A DNA stretch of 64,000 nt from Parasitella parasitica NRRL 2501 (lineage: Eukaryota; Fungi; Mucoromycota), in the NCBI GenBank assembly GCA_025201805.1, contig MU619252.1, positions 288,153-352,152 on the forward strand, given 5' to 3'. Shown here piece by piece: positions 26,567-37,123 of the stretch (the first letter of the stretch is position 1; each line of letters starts with the position of its first letter). Position numbers and translations under genes: made by a program. Below the pieces are notes generated by a model. It was not told the DNA's origin. It saw only the letters and a program-made list of their open reading frames with translations, and ran no database searches.

Positions 26567-29500
26567 TCAACCAGGACGGTACCAAAGAGACGCTGGATCT
26601 GGATCCGGAGCGATAATAGCCAGAGGATGCACAAGGCAATCAATGGCGTAGAGCAGATGCATAAGAGCAGACCAGTAGACAGGAGGACCATCAGAGGCTT
26701 TGGTAGGCAGACTGTTGAGAACATGGTCAATAGGATGCATACCAATTGGAGCAGGAGGCAAGGCATCAAGCAACGCAGGATCCAGGGCACGGCAGGACAG
26801 AAAGTGATCACGAGAGATGAAAACACCCTCAGGCGAAACACACGGACACTCTTCACGCATATTGGTGAAACGACCAAGGCGCCAACGAACCAGACGACTA
26901 CGAGCAGTACGACCCAGAGGCAGATACAGTATTGGGTCAGGTCTTGTAGTGTCAGGGCGACAGGCGCGAAGCAAGGTGTAACGGCCAGTGACAGCAGCAG
27001 CAGAGAGTTGACGATCGACTTGATCTTGCCAGTAGTCATCAAAGATGGTACGCAAGCCAGCAGACGAGGGCACAGCAGCAGGCAGAGACGTATACAGAGG
27101 GTTATCACATATAAAACGATCCAACCGTGTATAGTGCAAGTGTTGACGAAGCAGGACCAAAAGACTATCCGGAGGCAGAGTATCAGCGCGCAGAGCAAAA
27201 CGAGTAGCCAGGACATTGTAGCGATGCTTCATACTGGGAAGAGAGGTAATGTGCTTTGCAACATTAACCCAAGTACTACCCACAAACATGCCAACAAGTC
27301 GGTTTTGCAGAGCATCAAGATTGGTGAAATCACGAGCAGAGAGGTGCGAGATGGCCAGACCATACTCCAGCTTGGGACGAATGAAAGTCTTGTACAAGCG
27401 AGAGGAGAGCAGCAGAGAGAAACCAATGCGGTTGACACCCACAGAGTTCAACAGAGCCATAGTCTTGACAGCGCCAGCAGACCTCAGAGACAGAATACCA
27501 GGAGCATACAGACCTTGATACCTGAAAGGCATACCCAGATAGACAAACTCCTCCACAACGGGCAAAGCTTCGCCATACAGAGTGAGAGGAGCACCGGCAA
27601 GAGCAGCAGCAGTACCTAGCACAGCACACTTGGAGGGTTTCCACCGATAGCCAAGAGAGACCGAGTGACCAGCAGCAACATCCAGCATACGCTGCACCTC
27701 AGCTTTGGATCCAAAGACAGCAACATCGTCAGCAAACAGGAGACTATTAATAGCAATAGGAGCATCAGATCCAGGCACAGGCAGCATAGTAGCACCAGTT
27801 GCACCAGAACGCAAAAGACTCGGTAAAGAGTTGATATACAACGAGTACAGATGTGGACTGAGCACTGAGCCCTGCAGAACACCAGTGGTAGGAGAGAAAG
27901 CAGCCGAGTTGTGATTTGCAATCAACACCGAGACAGACACATCGTCAAACATATTGATCAGCAGCCCCAGGACAGCACGAGGAAGAGTAGAAGCAGCCAA
28001 AGCAGACCAGATAACACGTCGATCAACAGTGTCATATGCTGACTTGATATCTAAGAAAGCGACAACAGGACGACGACGGTGCGCAACAAAGTAATCATGC
28101 ATCAAGTCATGCAAGCAGAGGGCTTGGTCCAGGGGACTACGCTGAGGGCGGAAACCACCTTGGGCCACATCAAGAGCAGGGGAGTGTTCATCCAGAGCCG
28201 GCATGAGACAGAACTCAAACAACTTACGCACCACCGAAGTGAGCGATATTGGCCGATAGTTACCAGGATCCGAAGCATCTCCCTTCTTAAAGATGGGAAA
28301 CACCTGAGCTTGACGCCACAAAGCAGGAGTGGAAGACCATTGATAGCACAGAGTGAACAACAGAGACAGTACCGGGGCGACCTCAGAGACCAAAGCCTTG
28401 AGCATCTCAGCTTTGATGTGATCAGGACCAGGCGCTTTATGCGTTGGAAGCCGCTGAATAGAAGAGACAATAGTTTCAACATCAAACAGTGACAAATCCT
28501 CAGGCACACAAAAAGGCAGGGCAGAGTCAAAAGCAGGAGGAGCAGCAGGACGGCTAGCAGCAGCAAGCAGAGAACCATCATACACCGAAGCCAAATGAGA
28601 ACCCATAGTAGAGGCAGAAGCAGCAGGACCATCAGGGTGACTGTACGTAGCAGAGGACTCTTTATTACGCTTGATGCGCTTGATAGCAGCAGTAGCCTTT
28701 GAGAAATCACTCTCGAGAACAGTACAGAACTTTTTCCAAGACCTTCGCTTTGCAGCTTGCACCAGAGACCGAAACTTGCGATGCGCAACTTTGTACAGAT
28801 GCCATTTCTCGACTTTGCCAATCCCAAAGGCATGGCGCCATTGACTGTAGAGACAATCACGGTAAGAGGCAGCATCTTGAATTTCCTGAGTCCAGTATTT
28901 CTTCCAGTGGCCAGGACGACCAGACTTCACACCAATAGAACTATCCAGACAGTCATACAGACATTGATTCAAAGAATCGTTGAGCGCATTTATGTCGGGA
29001 CAAACCCCAGGGGGAGCAGACACCAAACCAGACAGAGTACCAACCAAAGGAGCCACTGAAGATCGAAAGGATTCACGAAGCAAGCCCAAAGGCTGCTCTT
29101 TCGTCAATTTCGAGAGCTTCCACTGACGCCGAGGAGCCAAACCAGTATCACCAGGAGCCACAGGGTCACCAACATCTGCCACATATTCGAAAGTAAGTGT
29201 CATCAGTCGATGGTCAGAGCCAAGAGACAGATCAGACTCAACCACCAGCTGGGCATCCAAGAAAGCAGACTCTCCAATATTTGTCAGAAACAGGTCAATG
29301 ATACTACGCATTTCGTTGCCACCACGAAAAGCAGAGTAGGTGTTCACACCAAAGGCCAAAGACGCATTGAGCACAGACAAGCTATGTTCATCAAACCAAG
29401 GTTTGAGAGCATTTCCACGAGCATTGGAGATAGAATCCCCAGTCAAAGGACCCAACCTAGCATTAAAGTCGCCACACAGAACAGTATCTCGAGTCAGAGG

Positions 29501-29926
29501 CAGAGAGTTAAGAGTCGAGAGCACCCTATCAGATGATAGGGGTGGTGGTAGGTAAACACAATGAACCGTAAGGGTGCCAACCTTGAGGGACAGAGTGTGC
29601 GGGTTGTAGGACGGAAGCTGGGACACAGGAAAAGGACAGAAAGGAGAGACTAAAGCAGAAACACCACCAGAACCACGGTTAAAAGCACCAGGTACTTTCG
29701 AACCATACAAGTGGAACTGGGACCAGTCTATTGGATAGGAGCCAGAGGTGAGCCAAGTTTCAGTAACAAACAGAACATGAGTATTCAAAACATGGGAGAT
29801 AACATCATGAACTGTAGTTTGGGTAAGACCATTAGCATTCCAGAGAGAGAGAGAGACAAAAACCGGGGGGACAAGCACATTACAATTATTTACAGCCAGT
29901 ATAGGGGAATCAGAGATAGAACTCAT
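26567..29926 (-). CDS. LINE ORF2: AP endonuclease + reverse transcriptase + C-terminal Cys/His motif (1119 aa, uninterrupted)
   Basis: APE: LWNANG, VTETW, VYLPP, GDFNA, SIID, SDH. RT: KAPGPD, NYRPISLTS, QGGFR, FLDIKSAYD, GVLQGSVLSP, LLFADD, YLG. C-terminus: ECPC..RDHFLSC. Confidence 0.96.
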   Translation of the reverse strand: MSSISDSPILAVNNCNVLVPPVFVSLSLWNANGLTQTTVHDVISHVLNTHVLFVTETWLTSGSYPIDWSQFHLYGSKVPGAFNRGSGGVSALVSPFCPFPVSQLPSYNPHTLSLKVGTLTVHCVYLPPPLSSDRVLSTLNSLPLTRDTVLCGDFNARLGPLTGDSISNARGNALKPWFDEHSLSVLNASLAFGVNTYSAFRGGNEMRSIIDLFLTNIGESAFLDAQLVVESDLSLGSDHRLMTLTFEYVADVGDPVAPGDTGLAPRRQWKLSKLTKEQPLGLLRESFRSSVAPLVGTLSGLVSAPPGVCPDINALNDSLNQCLYDCLDSSIGVKSGRPGHWKKYWTQEIQDAASYRDCLYSQWRHAFGIGKVEKWHLYKVAHRKFRSLVQAAKRRSWKKFCTVLESDFSKATAAIKRIKRNKESSATYSHPDGPAASASTMGSHLASVYDGSLLAAASRPAAPPAFDSALPFCVPEDLSLFDVETIVSSIQRLPTHKAPGPDHIKAEMLKALVSEVAPVLSLLFTLCYQWSSTPALWRQAQVFPIFKKGDASDPGNYRPISLTSVVRKLFEFCLMPALDEHSPALDVAQGGFRPQRSPLDQALCLHDLMHDYFVAHRRRPVVAFLDIKSAYDTVDRRVIWSALAASTLPRAVLGLLINMFDDVSVSVLIANHNSAAFSPTTGVLQGSVLSPHLYSLYINSLPSLLRSGATGATMLPVPGSDAPIAINSLLFADDVAVFGSKAEVQRMLDVAAGHSVSLGYRWKPSKCAVLGTAAALAGAPLTLYGEALPVVEEFVYLGMPFRYQGLYAPGILSLRSAGAVKTMALLNSVGVNRIGFSLLLSSRLYKTFIRPKLEYGLAISHLSARDFTNLDALQNRLVGMFVGSTWVNVAKHITSLPSMKHRYNVLATRFALRADTLPPDSLLVLLRQHLHYTRLDRFICDNPLYTSLPAAVPSSAGLRTIFDDYWQDQVDRQLSAAAVTGRYTLLRACRPDTTRPDPILYLPLGRTARSRLVRWRLGRFTNMREECPCVSPEGVFISRDHFLSCRALDPALLDALPPAPIGMHPIDHVLNSLPTKASDGPPVYWSALMHLLYAIDCLVHPLAIIAPDPDPASLWYRPG

Positions 29927-31005
29927 TAATTCTCCAGATCAGACATATCACTGTCAGAGGCAACCGGTTTTCCATGGTCCAGCTTGCGACGGAACATAAA
30001 AGCAGCCTTCTTGGGCTCTTTCTCGGCCAGACGGTCCATAGCAGCAGCAACAGCACAAGAGAGATCAGCAGAATCGATCCAGCCTTCCTCAACAAAGTAC
30101 TTACCAACACCACTGACATTAAGAGGACGCAGGAAAGACAGAGTCTGGAGGCAACGGGCTTCAGTNNNNNNNNNNNNNNNNNNNNNNNNNNNNNNNNNNN
30201 NNNNNNNNNNNNNNNNNNNNNNNNNNNNNNNNNNNNNNNNNNNNNNNNNNNNNNNNNNNNNNNNNNNNNNNNNNNNNNNNNNNNNNNNNNNNNNNNNNNN
30301 NNNNNNNNNNNNNNNNNNNNNNNNNNNNNNNNNNNNNNNNNNNNNNNNNNNNNNNNNNNNNNNNNNNNNNNNNNNNNNNNNNNNNNNNNNNNNNNNNNNN
30401 NNNNNNNNNNNNNNNNNNNNNNNNNNNNNNNNNNNNNNNNNNNNNNNNNNNNNNNNNNNNNNNNNNNNNNNNNNNNNNNNNNNNNNNNNNNNNNNNNNNN
30501 NNNNNNNNNNNNNNNNNNNNNNNNNNNNNNNNNNNNNNNNNNNNNNNNNNNNNNNNNNNNNNNNNNNNNNNNNNNNNNNNNNNNNNNNNNNNNNNNNNNN
30601 NNNNNNNNNNNNNNNNNNNNNNNNNNNNNNNNNNNNNNNNNNNNNNNNNNNNNNNNNNNNNNNNNNNNNNNNNNNNNNNNNNNNNNNNNNNNNNNNNNNN
30701 NNNNNNNNNNNNNNNNNNNNNNNNNNNNNNNNNNNNNNNNNNNNNNNNNNNNNNNNNNNNNNNNNNNNNNNNNNNNNNNNNNNNNNNNNNNNNNNNNNNN
30801 NNNNNNNNNNNNNNNNNNNNNNNNNNNNNNNNNNNNNNNNNNNNNNNNNNNNNNNNNNNNNNNNNNNNNNNNNNNNNNNNNNNNNNNNNNNNNNNACCAA
30901 AGTAAGTTGTTGTTGAATTTGTTGCAGTATAACTGGAAACTGATTCATATCCAGGGCTTGTAGGCTGGTGTCCATGGCGGTGAATACTTTTTGAAATTTC
31001 GACAA
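29926..31005 (-). CDS. LINE ORF1 (only the N- and C-terminal ends are visible; the middle is in the gap)
   Basis: The C-terminal part ends ..SDSDMSDLEN-TAA, overlapping the ORF2 ATG. The Q-rich N-terminal part MDTSLQALDMNQFPVILQQIQQQL lies beyond the gap and may belong to a different copy. Confidence 0.6.
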   Translation of the reverse strand: MSKFQKVFTAMDTSLQALDMNQFPVILQQIQQQLTLXXXXXXXXXXXXXXXXXXXXXXXXXXXXXXXXXXXXXXXXXXXXXXXXXXXXXXXXXXXXXXXXXXXXXXXXXXXXXXXXXXXXXXXXXXXXXXXXXXXXXXXXXXXXXXXXXXXXXXXXXXXXXXXXXXXXXXXXXXXXXXXXXXXXXXXXXXXXXXXXXXXXXXXXXXXXXXXXXXXXXXXXXXXXXXXXXXXXXXXXXXXXXXXXXXXXXXXXXXXXXXXXXXXXXXXXXXXXXXXXXXXXTEARCLQTLSFLRPLNVSGVGKYFVEEGWIDSADLSCAVAAAMDRLAEKEPKKAAFMFRRKLDHGKPVASDSDMSDLEN

Positions 31006-31197
31006 TCTGAAAAAGTATGAAGCAGGTGTACGACAAGTCTGAAACTATAACACAATAAACTGTTGATGATAACAAGTATACTGGTGCAATTCCAAGGTGG
31101 TTGGCGTACTGGTTGATAGGTTTTTTACGTTATTTGTTGTTTGGCAAAACTTTTTTCCGAAACTGGAGAAAAAAGTGATGAATAACGGGAAGAGATA

Positions 31198-31270
31198 GCC
31201 GGGCTAGCTCAATCGGTAGAGCGTGAGACTCTTAATCTCAAGGTTGGGGGTTCGACCCCCCCGTTCGGCT
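31198..31270 (+). tRNA. tRNA-Lys, anticodon CTT, intronless
   Basis: GCCGGGC/GTTCGGC acceptor stem, D-arm GCTCAATCGGTAGAGC, anticodon arm TGAGA-CTCTTAA-TCTCA, T-arm GGGGG-TTCGACC-CCCCC with one G-C-rich stem. 73 nt. Confidence 0.96.
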
Positions 31271-31272
31271 AA

Positions 31273-31280
31273 TTTTTTTT
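31273..31280 (+). terminator. RNA polymerase III terminator (T8) of tRNA-Lys
   Basis: Run of 8 T starting 2 nt after the tRNA 3' end. Confidence 0.85.
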
Positions 31281-31983
31281 AAAAAACGAGAATATCGTAG
31301 GACGTTTGAATTTTTTTTTGTTATTATGTCGTGATAATTGTAAATTCAATAAGGCAAATATATGTATCAGTTAAAAGATGAGGTTTATTCAATTTGACAT
31401 AAGATCTACTATTCATATTGTTTTGAGTTGAGTGTCAAAACTAATGTACGACAATTATGTCGTGTGCAGAGATGTGTTAGTTTTGTGCTGCTTTATTAAG
31501 TGTATATAAAATATGAGTAAGAGATGAAAGATCGATCTTTATTCTTTTGTATTCAATTGATATTTATAATAACTAAAAGTGTTACACACAAAGTCTGTGT
31601 GTACCTGACAATTATTCAAGTAGTTTAACTTTAATTCAATTATATAGGTTATGTACATAGGAGGTAAAATAATCATTATTTAGTTACATGGTATTTGGCG
31701 TTCACAAAAATTCGAAGCTACACTTAAAATCTATGTAAACACCATTGTTATAACCAGTGTTTACATGTGACATCACCAGTAATATCACTCAAGAAACTTT
31801 AAAAGATTACAAAGTGGATATCGATACTAATATGTAGAGATTAGGTATAACTTGTATACTCTAATTTTTTTGAAATAGCACCATCAAAGAATTAACAACA
31901 TTATGGATAAAAGTAAAGATTACGTCTAGGATTATTAACTAAATTCTATATCTTGTATTTTGATGATATACAAGTTGATTCTT

Positions 31984-34971
31984 TTATTGACATTTTGATC
32001 TAATATAACCCAACCATTGAAAATAACTCATTCCTGAGCTTACATTTTGTTGGTTTGCACCGGCTGTCGTTGGGCCTGTAGGTTGGCGATCTTCTAAAAG
32101 ATAACTCAAGAATCGGTTACGAAGCATTGGGTTGTCATCTTCTCTGATAATATAGATGGTGGGATAATATGTCACCAATCGATTCTTTTGCAAATGTTGA
32201 ATTATCTTTCCAATTCTTTCTGAAATGGGGGATTTTACATGCGGCAACATAGGAACTTGTCCAGATGTCACTTGGTTGATCGACGATACATCCAGCAGAT
32301 CTTTACAAAGTTGAGGTACAGCTTGCTTCCCGATCCAAATATAAATGTTTTGCCCATTTTCCAACATATAGCAGCCATGTGCTTCAATTCTTTCACTGGA
32401 TAAGTGATTAGAAGGTGGCATAATGCATTGTCCTGTACTGGCGTCTAAGGTGCCAGCTAGTTGGGGCATGTTGTGAAGTGAGTAGAAATTGGGGTGCACA
32501 AGATGCAGCCAAGCTGTGGTAAGTAATGTGCGGAGCATAATGGCAGATTGGGATCGCACATCGGCAGGAACAGGACTATCCTGGAAAGCAGGAGACTTCA
32601 AAATACCCAATATCAAAAGTGGTAAAAGGCTCATTGGGCGACAAACACTTAATTGAGCATTAGCAGAACTAATGCCCAACACTTCCTTACCGTAAGCAGC
32701 ACAAACATCAATGGCTTGCTTAGACAAATGGTCTCTACCATCGCGCAGCTTGCCATTGGCGCCCTTGTCAATAGCTAAAACACAATGTTAACGATAAACA
32801 AGACACCCACATACCTATGGGAACCTACCTTGGTGGCATAAAAGCCTTGCCATTGCTACTTGATCTATTGACGCAAATAATTCCGAAATACTCTTGGTTA
32901 CAGGAAGACACAAATTCATGACACGAATACGACGTTCACCAAAGCATGTGGTATACAGCAACGCTGTTTGGAAATGCACAAACTGTGTCTTGATTTCTTC
33001 CTCGATAGCCAATTCTATACAGTAACATTGATCGCGAGGGACATTGGGTAATGCCATGATGTCAGGAACACGAACCGAACAATTGCCAAAGAAGGCGTGG
33101 CAGACGATGCCTTGGGAACAGCGTGTACGCATGACAGCTTCTAAACCAATCTCCTCTGATAAAAGTGAAATGATCTCTTCCTTCAGTCGCAAACATTCGG
33201 CAGGCTTTGTGGCTGCATTGAATTCGGGGAAAACATGTGTTTGTCCACCAGTGAAGCGAGGAATAACATTCAGCGTCGCTACATCCACAGCATCGCCCAA
33301 AATAAACATATCGGCGCATACTTGCGATTTTGTACATTCGGCACTAAAATTCTTGTAGAATGGAACAGATGCTGACATGAGTGGCGACTCCAGAGCAGAC
33401 TTGTTGTTACTGTCTGGCTTTGATTTGATAGCTCCATCGCCAACATTTGGCAAACTAGCTTGGAAACACACAATCTTTCCACCTGTAGGAGACTGATTTT
33501 CTTATTAGTGAGTCTACTTAATTACATGACTCCCCACCCCCCACCCAAAACAAAACTTACCAACAGTTTACGAGCAGCTTGCAATGCCGAGCCTAGACAA
33601 TTAGCGGGAGTATGTGTATTTGCATACATGGTCTTCATTTTCTGCAGTAAATCATCCACAGCGGCTCTACTCTCGACCAAATTGACCATCAATTCCGATG
33701 CGGAACGAGGTAAATACATGTCTGTCAAATCCCCCACTACCAAAATCTCGGCCTCGTTACCTGACAAAGTGTGAAATCCAACAGCATTGTCAGCTGTGAT
33801 AAAAGCTACCTTGGTGCGACCATCCTCATTGGGTATTCTGTCCAGTGAGGCATGAATTGCGTCAGCTACAACAGCCAACATACCTGTTTGGACTGATTGA
33901 TAAGACGTATCCAAAACGAACACGTATACAGGCGGTTGAGGTGGGCGAACAGTGTATTCTGCAGGAGCTACAAAATCCACACATCCATGGTTGAGTTCAG
34001 GTCGACTGTAGCGATCAGCATGCTGTTGACTGCTAACGTCCCAGTCAAACGCTTGGGGAACATCGTTTTCCACGCCGCACATGTTGCATTTCCACTGCAG
34101 AGCACCGGCTGTAAATTGTACAAAGGGGTTAATATATGTCATGCAACGAGAGCAACGTGAAACAACAGTATCTTGAACAACGGGAACCTCTGCCTGAATA
34201 CAAGTAATCGAATTAGGATCTGTTTCGGATGGTAGCAAGATTAGACCTTTGCTTTTTTCTTTTTTTTTTACCTTGTTACTGAGATAGGGTTGCAAGATTA
34301 GACCCAATGATAATTTGGATTTCTTTAAAAGTGCGTTATTAAAGGGAAATGCGTTGACTGTGGAGCGATTAAAGCAGCTATTGACTTGAGCGTTAGATGA
34401 GCCAGTTGCTGTATACTATAAACGTCATCATATTAGTTGTCAAGGATGTTGCTACAGTTACTATTAGAATTACATTAGGAGGAATCTCGGGTGTGTTTGT
34501 TTCATGTCGCAAATCTTCAATCAGGGCAGGCTGACCCACAAGAGGGATGTCTTGCCTTGGTGGTTGCTGACTGAGTGACATAGTAGCCAAGCCATTTAGA
34601 GTCTGATCGTAGCTACCGGGATACTCATTAGTCTGAGGTGGTGGTGTGGACGAAGCATAAGCATGTGGTTGTTGAAATTGTTGGAATTGTTGGGGCTGGT
34701 GATATTGCTGAGGTTGTTGATGGTGAAGCTGCTGCTGCTGCTGCTGCTGAAATGGAGTCGATGTTCCAGACTGAGGCTGCTGCTGTTGTGGATAGTTTGT
34801 GATAGGAACATCCTGTGCTTGAATGCGAGGATAATGTCTCTTTTGTTTTCTTGCTTCGAACTGAGGAGAAGACAAAGCTTGCTGCTGCTGAGTGGTATCC
34901 AATGGAGATGCGACACGGGTTTGTTGTTGCTGATACTGAGGCGTACCATTAGCAGGTAAATTATTGCTCAT
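31984..34971 (-). CDS. SEC24: COPII cargo adaptor Sec24, multi-exon
   Basis: Q/P-rich N-terminus, Zn finger RCSRCMTYINPF..WKCNMC, EYTVRPPQPPVYVFVLD trunk, EAVMRTRCS, QTALLYTTCFGERRIRV and a gelsolin-like C-terminus. Confidence 0.95.
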
Positions 34972-35652
34972 TATTTTTCAATACCAAGACAAAAGAAAGA
35001 GCGAGAAAAGAGAAACGATCAAGAAAATCGCGGGTTTTCTTTTGGTTCTCAGAGGGATACAAAACGAGATCGCCGTTATACTTGAACCAACTTGCAATGG
35101 AGCAGAGTTCAATTGAATTGTTCATTTGTCCAGGAACATTGATAGCACTCAACCTTTGCTCCTCCTTCATATTTTGCTACCTCTGTTTCCTACTGACTTA
35201 TCACACTGCAAGGTTTAATTGAGAGGCGAGTCAAAATCAAGTTGGATAAGAAACAGCAGCGAATCAATCTGGCCACTTCTACATACGATGTTTTACAACA
35301 GGCAGAATACAGCAAATGTGTTAATGTCTTCTTCCAAGTAGCTGTGCCTTATCACAAAAAACACACCGGAAATGAGATTTCGTTATATTTGTCAATGCGT
35401 TTATTCCTATTGAGATCAACGCTGAACCTCGGATAGCAAAATGAAGACAAACAAGAACTCGATCTCCAGACGATTCCAAAAGAACGGGACGCATATATTT
35501 TCAACGCTAACAAGCAAGGCATATATACCAAAATATGCCAAATTATGAGGGCAGCTAAAGAAGCTTCAAAACCTGTAGGTTTGTTGATAAATTTTTTGAT
35601 TTTTTTGATTTTGTGCGAGAGCCTACAAAACCAATGTAAAGTGTGATGGGTA

Positions 35653-35849
35653 ATCTCGCTTTTGTACCCTTCTGAGAACCAAAAACAAACCCCCATGGTT
35701 TCTCTTTTCTCGTTCTTTTCTTTTGTCTTTGTCTTGGAAAAATAATGAACGATAATTCAGCTGTTAATGATACACCACAGTATCAGCAGCAACAAACCAG
35801 TGTCGCATCTCCATTGGATACTACTCAGCAGCAGCAAGCTTTTTCTCCT
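35653..35849 (+). repeat. Inverted, diverged duplicate of the SEC24 5' UTR and first ~35 codons (partner 34864-35070)
   Basis: Shared blocks CTGAGAACCAAAA, TTTCTCTTTTCTCG, GAAAAATAATGA, CAGTATCAGCA, GTGTCGCATCTCCATTGGATAC and ACTCAGCAGCAGCAAGCTTT, in inverted orientation. Confidence 0.92.
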
Positions 35850-36763
35850 GCAACAAACAGTCCATACGGCAGTGAAGTAGATGAGCTGATTGATGAGGAT
35901 GATGACGATGACAGCGAGTACCAAGACGAAAATGAAGATAAAGATAGAGTAGCCAAGATAGCACTATCATATCGAATCGAGCCCACAGGTAATGATCGTA
36001 TCTCCCGTAGTCGTGTTACAGATGCACAGCCTACTGCCCGTGAATTGACCGCCGAGGAGGCGGATTTCGCAGATTCCATGGATTCACGTATGTAATAGTA
36101 ACCTCTAATTAAACGTACATGTGCTCATTTTGCTTAACCAAACAACTCAAAAAAGCCAAATATTCAAAAAGACAAAGCCCGCGCATGTCCAGCAAGAGCA
36201 ACCAAGCGCTACCTACAAAGGTTGAATCACCTTCCAGATCAACGCTACAGAACCACTCTTCCACTGCATCAATCGCTGCTCGCAATGACCAATCCACTTC
36301 TCAAACCAGGAGTGCTGACAATGCATCCACTGCTAATTCCAAGGGTGGTGCACCTTCACCTATTCAAACCTCAATAAACAACAGTGCAGGACCTTCCGGC
36401 TCACCAACAGAGAGAGAGGAAAGTGGCACGGAAGACGAGGTGCCTGAAGGCTATTATATCGTTGAAAAAACACAGACAAAAAGAAAGATCGCAAAAACTA
36501 GAGTAAGAACATTGCGTTGGACAGCCGAGGAAGTTGAAGCATTGGAAGATGGTTTATACAAAGAAAGGAAGAGGGCATGGGCGTCTATTTTAAGTCGGCA
36601 TAGATCAAGATTGGGGGCACATACCCAGACTCAGCTAAAAGACAAAGCAGTAAACGAAGTGAAGAGAAGAAAGAAGCTCAAACTTCCATTAGGTGGATTT
36701 TACTATGTTGAGCACCCTATGCTTGACGAGGACGATTACAATGGTGATCATGCTTCAAGCTAA
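35745..36763 (+). CDS. Protein with C-terminal TRF/telobox-like Myb domain and SEC24-derived N-terminus, 2 exons
   Basis: RWTAEEVEALEDGL..WASIL...TQTQLKDKAVN. Intron 36088-36155 (GTATGT...AAG) joins the two ORFs in frame. Confidence 0.78.
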
Positions 36764-37123
36764 AGTTAGTAGTATGCCGACAAAATTTACGAAATTTACG
36801 AATAAACAATTGTAATTTCGATTTTTGTCTTTGAACATTTATCGACACAATACATGGAAAAAAAAAAAAAAAAAAAAAAAGACTCTATAAAGAAAATGGT
36901 TGATTGTAATATTTGGTTAAGCTATCTGAAGTTTTGTGAACCTGACAAGATTCCTTTGATTGCTAACACTGCATCCTGGTATTATTCAGAATGCTAGGTT
37001 CAGGTAAACCATAGACCAGATTACTTGTTTAGTGAGGCGCGTTTATAAATTGCCCGGAACGCTGGAATAGTCCAACTGCCCTCTCTTTCCTTTCAAGATT
37101 TTTTTGTCCTCATATAGCAACGC

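Larger units (their letters stand above)
26293..31196 (-). mobile_element. Non-LTR retrotransposon (APE+RT LINE) inserted into the tRNA-Lys(CUU) gene
   Basis: ORF1+ORF2 structure, bounded by the 15-bp direct repeat AGCCGGGCTAGCTCA at 26278-26292 and 31197-31211. The 3' end carries AATAAA but no poly(A). The internal gap 30166-30895 leaves continuity unproven. Confidence 0.9.

Noticed and set aside
26432-27619. 395-aa antisense ORF over the 3' part of LINE ORF2 (possible 'ORF3')
   Set aside because: It is codon-aligned with ORF2 (offset 135 nt). ORF2 favours T-ending codons and rarely uses TTA/CTA/TCA, so antisense stops are scarce. The product is low-complexity with no motif.
19983-31270. 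Functional clustering of CTU2 with the tRNA-Lys gene
   Set aside because: Ctu2 thiolates U34 tRNAs (Lys UUU, Glu UUC, Gln UUG). This tRNA has a CUU anticodon, so the proximity is probably coincidental.
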